DNA of 32,000 nucleotides from Nanobdella aerobiophila. GTDB lineage: Archaea; Nanobdellota; Nanobdellia; Nanobdellales; Nanobdellaceae. The notes under the pieces were generated by a model. It saw only the letters and a list, made by a program, of their open reading frames with translations. It made no database searches and was not told the origin of the DNA. The stretch spans positions 150,001-182,000 of the forward strand of contig NZ_AP019769.1 in the NCBI RefSeq assembly GCF_023169545.1, written 5' to 3'. Shown one piece after another: positions 25,400 through 32,000 of the stretch; position 1 is the stretch's first letter; each line of letters opens with the position of its first letter. The translations under genes and the position numbers were made by a program.

Positions 25400-26158
25400 T
25401 TATATTATCAGTTTTTTAACTATCTGGTATATTAATTCTCTTCCTAAATCTTTTTTTATATTTTTTGTAGGATCCCATACTAATTTCTTTCTTAATAGGT
25501 CATCGGATGTCCTTAGAATTCCTATTGCTTTTTTATTGTAATAATAAGCTAGTCTATATACTGCAGATAATTCCATATCAATTGTTGCAATATTAAATTT
25601 TTTGAAATATTCAATTAATTCGTCAGTTTCTGAATAAAATATTTCTAGTATTAATATCTTTAATGCTTGTTTCTTTTGCTATAGAATTAACTAAATTTAG
25701 TAATTCTTTATCTGCAATCGGTAAAGCTTCATTATTATCAACATATTCTGTACTAACATTTTCCCATGCTAATACATATTCTGGTATATTTATATCTCCG
25801 TTGGTCAAATCTTCATGAAAACTTGCACAAGTACCTAAAAATACTATTTCTTTTACATCTGGATTCCTACATAGTACATAAAATCTATCAAGAGATTCTG
25901 TTAATCCCCTGCCAGTTAATAAAAATAAAGTATTATTTATTTTATAATTTTTATCTATTTTTCTAAGTACGCGATCTCCAGGTATTATTTCTTCAATTTT
26001 ATACCCTTCGTTTTTTAATCTTTCAATCCATTTATCTGGTAATTCTTCTTTCCATTCTATAGGGGATATAATTATTCTTTCAGTTAATTTTTCTACTCCA
26101 AATTCTTCTAATAAAACCTCTTTAGAAGTAATATATCTTTTATATGCAATAAAACCAT
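25400..26158 (-). pseudogene. nucleoside phosphorylase-family (PNP_UDP_1-like) gene interrupted by two frameshifts
   Basis: The ATG (26156-26158) and the TAA stop (25400-25402) are in the same frame, 759 nt apart. The central part ('LFLLTGRGLTES', 'VFLGTCASF', 'GDINIPE') reads only in another frame. The C-terminal part ('IATIDMELSAVY...RTSDD') returns to the ATG frame. The track ORF 25623-25808 is a fragment of this gene. Confidence 0.6.
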
Positions 26159-26207
26159 TTTATATTATTTTATTTAAAAAGTCGTTGTGAAATCATTATC
26201 TAAAAAA

Positions 26208-27509
26208 TTAGTTAGAAAGTTGAACTATTTCGTTATATATTTTTTCTGGATCTATTTCCTTTTTATACGAGTCTATGACTATCCTAAATAATGGTTCAGT
26301 TTCGGAATATCTTACTAGTATCCTTAAGTTGTCTTTTAATAATTCTATACCATCCAGATCTCCATTTAGATCATTTAATGTATAATTGTTATTTTTTCCA
26401 TATTCTTTTACCTTTTGTACGAGATCTATATTACCTCTAGGTATATCTCTTTCTATCCATTGAAACTCCGGTATATTTACATTATTTATATTAAATCCTT
26501 TTTTCATGTATTTTAATAACATTAGTGCACCAAATAATGCGTCATCTATATAATCATTTTCTGCAAAATATATATGACCTGTATATTCTATACCTAAGAA
26601 AGCTCTATTTTGTTGACATGCGAATTTTATAAATGTGTGTCCAGGTCTTCTTACTATATCTTCTGCACCACTCTCTTTTATTAATTTTCTTAAATATATT
26701 GGTAAGGATATTTCTAGTACATATCTTCTATCCTTTTTAATAAATGGTATTATATATTTGTCCATCCCAATTCTTTCACCATCTTTACCTATTATACCCA
26801 GTCTATCTCCATCAGAATCGAACATAAATCCTATATCTAGATCGTTTTTGCTTTTCATTAAATCTTTTAATGGTTTTATATTTTCATCTTTTGATGGGTC
26901 TGGCATATGACCAGGAAAAGTACCGTCTATCTTATCATTTATAGGAACAATTTCATTTCCTAAGTCAGTTACAATATCCTTCATTAATGATAATACAGAA
27001 TTTGAAGGATCATAACCAAGTTTAAATCCAGATACAGATTTAAATTTTTTCTTTATATGCCATTTATATAATTCTATTGCATTTTCTTCTTCTATATTAC
27101 CTACTTTTTCTGATGGTTTTTCTGTTTGATATGTTAATTCTTCTATTTTTTTAATATCTTCTTGTGGTAAATCATTTCCATTGCTATTTATTGGTTTTAT
27201 TCCATTATATTCTGGAGGGTTATGAGAAGCAGTAATCATTAGTACAGGTATATTGTATACTTTTGCTAAATAATGAGCTTCTGGAGTAGAACCTACTCCA
27301 AAATCTAATATATCATGTGTATATATTAGTGTTGAAGCTAGTATATTTCTTATTCTTTCTGAATGAACTCTAATATCCCTTACTATTCCTATTGTTTCAT
27401 AGTTGTTAAAGTATTTTCCTAGTCCAAAGCCAATCTTATATATTATTTCATCTGTTAAATCCTTTCCATAAATCCCTCTTATGTCATATAGTTTAAATAC
27501 AGATGCCAT
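26208..27509 (-). CDS. phosphohexomutase (phosphoglucosamine / phosphomanno / phosphoglucomutase family)
   Basis: It has 'TASHNPPEYNGIK' (phosphoserine loop), 'FDSDGDR' (Mg site), 'GIEYTGHIYF' and 'RYSETEP'. The start was moved to the ATG at 27509 ('MASVFKLYDIRG'), which removes the overlap with the upstream ORF. Confidence 0.85.
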   Translation of the reverse strand: MASVFKLYDIRGIYGKDLTDEIIYKIGFGLGKYFNNYETIGIVRDIRVHSERIRNILASTLIYTHDILDFGVGSTPEAHYLAKVYNIPVLMITASHNPPEYNGIKPINSNGNDLPQEDIKKIEELTYQTEKPSEKVGNIEEENAIELYKWHIKKKFKSVSGFKLGYDPSNSVLSLMKDIVTDLGNEIVPINDKIDGTFPGHMPDPSKDENIKPLKDLMKSKNDLDIGFMFDSDGDRLGIIGKDGERIGMDKYIIPFIKKDRRYVLEISLPIYLRKLIKESGAEDIVRRPGHTFIKFACQQNRAFLGIEYTGHIYFAENDYIDDALFGALMLLKYMKKGFNINNVNIPEFQWIERDIPRGNIDLVQKVKEYGKNNNYTLNDLNGDLDGIELLKDNLRILVRYSETEPLFRIVIDSYKKEIDPEKIYNEIVQLSN

Positions 27510-27513
27510 ACGG

Positions 27514-27732
27514 CTATTTATCCTTTGTTCTATATAAATATATCTTTCCTTTATATGATAAGTATACAAAAATGTCTATTATTATTAATAGTAAAGCTAT
27601 TAATGTAGAAATAAATATTATACTTTTTTGAGGGTTCATAATTACAGAGCTTGATAATATTATAATAACAATCAAAGTTACAATAACATTTAATATCAAA
27701 TCATATTTAGAAGCATATATTTCTCTACTCAT
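27514..27732 (-). CDS. small 2-TM membrane protein
   Basis: 72 aa with two hydrophobic helices. It ends 5 nt before the phosphohexomutase start. Confidence 0.5.
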   Translation of the reverse strand: MSREIYASKYDLILNVIVTLIVIIILSSSVIMNPQKSIIFISTLIALLLIIIDIFVYLSYKGKIYLYRTKDK

Positions 27733-27759
27733 AAAAAATATATATGGAATAAAAATAAA

Positions 27760-27812
27760 AATCTGAGCTCAAGACCTTCATCATATCTCAGACGATGAGT
27801 CTTTCTTCATGG
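27760..27812 (-). ncRNA. C/D-box sRNA candidate 2
   Basis: The minus strand reads AUGAAGA-12 nt-CUGA-gau-AUGAUGA-12 nt-CAGA, followed by UUUUUAUUUUUAUU. The C box overlaps the TGA stop of the upstream ORF. Confidence 0.6.
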
Positions 27813-28988
27813 ATAATAATAATAATTAGAATTATTATCTGTATTCATATTATCAGATGTTTCATTATCTTTTTGCTCTACTGTTATATTATTATTTATA
27901 TCTTCTCCCTTTTTTAATTTTTCTAATTCTGTAGATAAATTTAATTCTTCGTCTACCTTAATAAACTGACCTTCTCCTAATTGTTTTTCTAATTCCCAGT
28001 CCTGTCCTTGTATACTATTTTGTATAATTATATAATTTTGTATTCCTGTACTATTCTGCATTTGTTGTATTGTACTATTTAATTGAGGTAGGAAATTACA
28101 TACAGGAATTGAATTATTTAATTGTTCACAAATAATTCCTATTTTTAACAATAATATTTGTTCTTCAGATATTAAACGATCTAGGTGATTATATAATACA
28201 AATGTTGTATTTAAATTATTCTCTCTTTCAGATTCATAATACTTCATTATTTGATCTTTTATATCTTCTTTTTCCGTAGTAATATTTGCATTGTTGTTTA
28301 TTACTGGAATAATACATGAATTGCCTATCTTTCCTATCAAAATTTCTCTTATATCATCCCAGGAAGTATTTGATGTAATATTTACATATGTGTATGATGG
28401 ACAGCTTAATATATTACCATTATATATATTATAACTAATATTTAGAGAATTTAATTGGTTTGTAATATTACCTAAATCACCATATTCTGCAGTAAATATA
28501 TATACATTACTAACATTTAATTTTTCTAATGCGTATATAGTCTCTGATGGTAATACACCATTTGGGACTATAAATATCGGAGCATCATAATTTTCTGCAT
28601 ATTGCTCAGCCTCCGTTACTAATGTAAGGTCCCTGCCCTCTACATTACTATTTACTAAATCTCTAGTTATAATTATTGCATTATTTGTACTGTTCCAGAA
28701 GTATAATGCTGCATATGCAGATGTTTCATATCTTGTAGTGCCCCATATCCAAACATAGCTTATATTTGATTCATTTAGGTCTTGTAATAATAGGTTAGAT
28801 ATTACTGCAGGCCCACCAAGGACAATTACATTTGTAACATTATTCTGTATCAATGTACTTATCGTAGAATTTATTCCTTTAGGATCTTCTGGTACGGAAT
28901 ATACAGGGATATTATACAAATTGCCTATAGAATTTCCTACTATATAATCCGCGTAGGTTATATTTGTAGTCAATATAGCAGTTACCAT
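27807..28988 (-). CDS. protein with CW_binding_2-like repeats and a Q/N/E-rich C-terminal half
   Basis: 393 aa. 'VIVLGGPAVISNLLLQDL' and 'GTTRYETSAYAALYFW' resemble the putative cell-wall-binding repeat 2 ('GG..aIs', 'G.dRYeTs'). A second repeat has 'APIFIVPNGVLPSETIYALEKLNVSNVYIF'. Confidence 0.6.
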   Translation of the reverse strand: MVTAILTTNITYADYIVGNSIGNLYNIPVYSVPEDPKGINSTISTLIQNNVTNVIVLGGPAVISNLLLQDLNESNISYVWIWGTTRYETSAYAALYFWNSTNNAIIITRDLVNSNVEGRDLTLVTEAEQYAENYDAPIFIVPNGVLPSETIYALEKLNVSNVYIFTAEYGDLGNITNQLNSLNISYNIYNGNILSCPSYTYVNITSNTSWDDIREILIGKIGNSCIIPVINNNANITTEKEDIKDQIMKYYESERENNLNTTFVLYNHLDRLISEEQILLLKIGIICEQLNNSIPVCNFLPQLNSTIQQMQNSTGIQNYIIIQNSIQGQDWELEKQLGEGQFIKVDEELNLSTELEKLKKGEDINNNITVEQKDNETSDNMNTDNNSNYYYYP

Positions 28989-29011
28989 ATATAAATTTTA
29001 TAAAAAAAGCT

Positions 29012-29872
29012 TTAAAGGTTATTCATATACTTTATTTTTTCATAAACATCATTTTCATTATTGTATACGAATCCTGCGGCAAATTTATGTCCATTACCAT
29101 TGAATATTTTTGCAATTTCTATAACATTTTTATTATTTAAAGTCCTTATCTCCCCTCTTTTAGATTTTTGATATAGTGTAATTATATAATCTGGTTTCTG
29201 ACCAAATTTTTCTCCTATATATTCTACGACATAGTTTGAAGGAATATCATATTTTGTTTTTATTATAAATATTTTGTATTTATCTTCTATTATATATAAG
29301 TCCCTGTCTATGTCTTTATAAAGATCTTTTAGTATTTTTCTGAATCTATTTAATATATTCTTATCTAATATATTATTTATATCTATATTTATCTTTTTAG
29401 CAAATGATATAAAATATAGATCAAAAGATTTTGGATAAAAATATCTTATTGCAACTATCATATCTCTTAAATCTCTTTCTAAATCATTTCTTATCATACC
29501 AGAATCTATATCGTCTATAATATATAGGTAATCATTATTTATATCCAAGTATTCTGATAATACTCTTGCTGCAGATCTATAATCTTTTATATAAACATTT
29601 ATCCTTTTTGTAATCTCATCATAATTTTTATTATGATGGTCAATCCAATATACTTCTTTAAAATATGAAGATAAATATATAGCCTCTTGATTAGTTGCAA
29701 TATCTGTTATATATACTCTTTCATTAGGATCATTATTTTCAATTACTTTTAATAGTGTTTTATTTATTAATCTAGGGCTAGAAAAATATACTTTAAATTT
29801 ATCTCCAAATTTTTTATATAATAATGATAGGGAAAATATTCCATCTAGATCCCAGTGTGTAATTGATATCAT
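29012..29872 (-). CDS. DHH/DHHA1 family phosphoesterase (NrnA / small RecJ-like)
   Basis: 286 aa. It has 'THWDLDGIFS' (motif I), 'YITDIA' (motif II), 'WIDHHN' (the DHH motif) and 'GNGHKFAAGF' (DHHA1 GGGH-type). Confidence 0.8.
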   Translation of the reverse strand: MISITHWDLDGIFSLSLLYKKFGDKFKVYFSSPRLINKTLLKVIENNDPNERVYITDIATNQEAIYLSSYFKEVYWIDHHNKNYDEITKRINVYIKDYRSAARVLSEYLDINNDYLYIIDDIDSGMIRNDLERDLRDMIVAIRYFYPKSFDLYFISFAKKINIDINNILDKNILNRFRKILKDLYKDIDRDLYIIEDKYKIFIIKTKYDIPSNYVVEYIGEKFGQKPDYIITLYQKSKRGEIRTLNNKNVIEIAKIFNGNGHKFAAGFVYNNENDVYEKIKYMNNL

Positions 29873-29902
29873 AATATAAATTTTTAGAGTAATACTTTAT
29901 AT

Positions 29903-30181
29903 ATGGTTGAAGTATTAGTGATACACATGCCTTCACAGGATAAACTAGATAAAGCAAAGGATACATTAAGTAAAGTATCTGAAATGGCAAAAAATAAGAA
30001 GCTACCAGATGGATTAAAGCTGAAGGAAATGTATTTTGACGAAAAAAACAATATTGCAGTTTGTAAGTGGGAGGCAGAAGATCCGCAAAAGTTATTAGAT
30101 ACAGCTAAGCAATTAAATGTGGATTGGGATATAAAAGTATTAGTTGGACCAAAGGAATTATATAAAAAGAAGTTATTCTAA
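29903..30181 (+). CDS. hypothetical small protein (weak DUF4242-like pattern)
   Basis: 92 aa. 'VLVIHMP' and 'IAVCKWEAEDPQKLLD' loosely recall DUF4242-type small alpha/beta proteins. Its 3' end overlaps the Hef 3' end by 9 nt. Confidence 0.4.
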   Translation: MVEVLVIHMPSQDKLDKAKDTLSKVSEMAKNKKLPDGLKLKEMYFDEKNNIAVCKWEAEDPQKLLDTAKQLNVDWDIKVLVGPKELYKKKLF

Positions 30182-32000
30182 TTTTTTAAATTCTTCTTCA
30201 AATATTTTTTTGATTCTATCTGCTTTTTTCTCTCCTATCATATCTCTTAAATCTGCTTTCTGAGCAAGAAATATATTTTTTAGGGATTTAAACCTCTCTA
30301 GTAATTTATATGCTAAGTTTTCTCCTATCCCTGGTATTATTTTTAATATTTCTAGTTTTATTTCATCCAGATCACTGTATTTTTTTAGTTTTTCTGGTAT
30401 TTTAGGAAATTTCTTATAATTCTTTGCTAATAGATACAAATAATTTGCAGTTTCTAGAAAGTCATAGGTCCTTATTATTGGTATATCATACTCAAACATT
30501 ATTTTTAATATTAAAGTCCTCAAATAATTCTTTGTTATTTGTGTATTTAGATCTAAATTATCATCGGATCCTTCTAAAATCAATATAGAATTTAGGTCTT
30601 TTAATCTTTCTAGTTGATTATAAAGTCTACCATCTAATATAGAATTTATAAAGTCTAATATATTCTTTCTTTCTATTATATAGTCTCCAATTATATAGTC
30701 TCCTGTTTCTAGATTATCTAATTTAACTAGTATATCTGTATTCGCTAGCGTTTGTATAACTCCAGACTCTTTCTCTTTGTAATCGGCTATTATTATTGGT
30801 GTATTATCTTCTTTTGTAGTTTCTTGGCTACTATTTGATATATATTTTATTATTCCAGTATTATTTTTAGTTTCAGTTTTTTCCATTTTTGTTTCTATAT
30901 TATTATTAATATTAATGTTAATATATTTTTTTAATCTTTTTATCAATGTAAACATCTTTCTTTCCTTTTGTATCGCGACCCAATAAAATCTCTGATCTAA
31001 TGTACCCCTTGTAATTAATATTATTGTCCTTCCAATTTCTCCTCTACCTGTTCTACCTCTTCTCTGAATATATCTTATTTCTGATGGTACAGGTTCATAA
31101 AATATAACTATATCCACTTTTGGTATATCTATTCCTTCTTCTCCTACGGAGGTAGATAGTAAGACACTAAACTGATTTTCTGAAAACATCTTAAGTAATT
31201 CAGCCTGCTTTAATCTATTCATCTCTTTTTTACCGACGAATTTTTCAGCTTTTATTCCATTTTTTAAACAGACATCTTTTATTATATCTAGGGTTTTTCT
31301 TATTTGCGCAAATACAATTATTTTCTTATCCTTATTCTCTTTCAATATTTCTATTAATTTTAATAATTTTGGGTGTTCTAATCCGTGATTTATATATTCT
31401 TTCGTCAGGTTAACGGCTTTCTTTATCCTAATATCATTTATTATATTATAATCAGCTCTTGATTTTCTTATGCTATTCTCTATTTGATTATAGTAGTCTA
31501 TAAATGTACCTAAAGACTGAGTTTCTAATAATTCTATTGCATGGGAGATCTTTAATAGTTCAGATAGCAATATTATTATAATTCGTAGCCTATAATCTTT
31601 ACTATACTGCATATTCTTCTTAATTTCGGTTATCCATTGTAATATATCCGTTTTCCCCTTATATATTTCTATTGATGGATCAAGCTCCTTTACCTTATAT
31701 AATCTATCATAATATGCCTTATTTAATAATGATATTATATTCTTTATCTTATCATCTAGATCTACTTCGTACTTTTCTATATCAATATCCTTCATGTATT
31801 TTTCTATATCTTCTTCTTTTCCAGTTCTTATTTCTATGTTTTTTATATGTAAATTTTCCATTACCTCCTTTATTCTATCTATATTCCAGCCTGGAGATGC
31901 TGTTAGGGCTAGTATCCTCCCATCTTTATTTTGACTATAAAATCTTTGTGCTATAAATGTGTAAGAATATTTTTTGACTGCTCTATGTGCTTCGTCAAAT
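30173..32000 (-). CDS. hef: Hef: helicase fused to an ERCC4/XPF nuclease with a tandem HhH (5' end outside the window)
   Basis: The frame stays open upstream of the track start to the window edge: 'FDEAHRAV' (DEAH box) and 'LTASPG' (motif III). Downstream are helicase-C motifs 'LLSTSVGEEGIDIP' and 'QRRGRTGR', the ERCC4 motifs 'GDYII...IERKNILDF', and the C-terminal HhH2 'IPGIGENLAYKLLERF'. Confidence 0.85.
   Translation of the reverse strand, partial: FDEAHRAVKKYSYTFIAQRFYSQNKDGRILALTASPGWNIDRIKEVMENLHIKNIEIRTGKEEDIEKYMKDIDIEKYEVDLDDKIKNIISLLNKAYYDRLYKVKELDPSIEIYKGKTDILQWITEIKKNMQYSKDYRLRIIIILLSELLKISHAIELLETQSLGTFIDYYNQIENSIRKSRADYNIINDIRIKKAVNLTKEYINHGLEHPKLLKLIEILKENKDKKIIVFAQIRKTLDIIKDVCLKNGIKAEKFVGKKEMNRLKQAELLKMFSENQFSVLLSTSVGEEGIDIPKVDIVIFYEPVPSEIRYIQRRGRTGRGEIGRTIILITRGTLDQRFYWVAIQKERKMFTLIKRLKKYINININNNIETKMEKTETKNNTGIIKYISNSSQETTKEDNTPIIIADYKEKESGVIQTLANTDILVKLDNLETGDYIIGDYIIERKNILDFINSILDGRLYNQLERLKDLNSILILEGSDDNLDLNTQITKNYLRTLILKIMFEYDIPIIRTYDFLETANYLYLLAKNYKKFPKIPEKLKKYSDLDEIKLEILKIIPGIGENLAYKLLERFKSLKNIFLAQKADLRDMIGEKKADRIKKIFEEEFKKLE

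Noticed and set aside
27510-27569. N-terminal 20-codon extension of the phosphohexomutase ORF.
   Set aside because: Family members start close to the 'F-x-x-x-G-I-R-G' motif, and the ATG at 27509 gives MASVFKLYDIRG. The longer form would overlap the upstream 72-aa ORF.
1-32000. CRISPR arrays, IS elements, integrases and long direct or tandem repeats.
   Set aside because: Reading through all intergenic regions, I saw no regularly spaced repeats of 24 nt or more, no transposase- or integrase-like ORF, and no terminal inverted repeats. The only repeated non-coding unit is the sRNA box core.

Overview
This is a very AT-rich (about a quarter GC by eye), tightly packed archaeal chromosome segment. 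Archaeal markers include uL3, LX, aIF6, prefoldin alpha, Hef helicase/nuclease, Trm5-type methyltransferase, FlaD/E-FlaH-FlaI archaellum genes and class III (pilin-type) signal peptides. Other supporting traits are scrambled ribosomal gene order, many 1-4 nt gene overlaps, N/K/I/Y-rich insertions in housekeeping enzymes, and two GC-rich tRNAs (about 61% and 68% GC by my count). Together these suggest a thermophilic, genome-reduced DPANN/Nanoarchaeota-like organism; that is inference, not proof. Content from left to right: (1) an accessory islet (1-3038) with an intact vapBC-like pair, an archaeal AAA ATPase and a decayed second vapBC; (2) a pilin-anchored LamG-like surface protein; (3) MscS, membrane proteins and a membrane GT2; (4) a three-domain ThyA-like protein, rhomboid, M1 aminopeptidase and MetRS; (5) a 600-bp noncoding gap, then Trm5; (6) tRNA-Arg(TCT) and tRNA-Pro(TGG); (7) uL3-LX-PfdA with inverted aIF6; (8) a partial archaellum cluster; (9) TyrRS, a twice-frameshifted nucleoside phosphorylase-family gene and a phosphohexomutase; (10) a CW_binding_2-like protein, a DHH phosphoesterase and Hef, which runs off the right edge. 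The strongest unannotated signal is a pair of paralogous C/D-box sRNA candidates on the minus strand (about 17264-17316 and 27760-27812). They have identical boxes, different 12-nt guides and a shared non-canonical terminal box pair. I found no CRISPR array, no transposase or integrase, and no convincing novel multi-gene defence system. All functional calls rest on motif recognition by eye, since no searches could be run.
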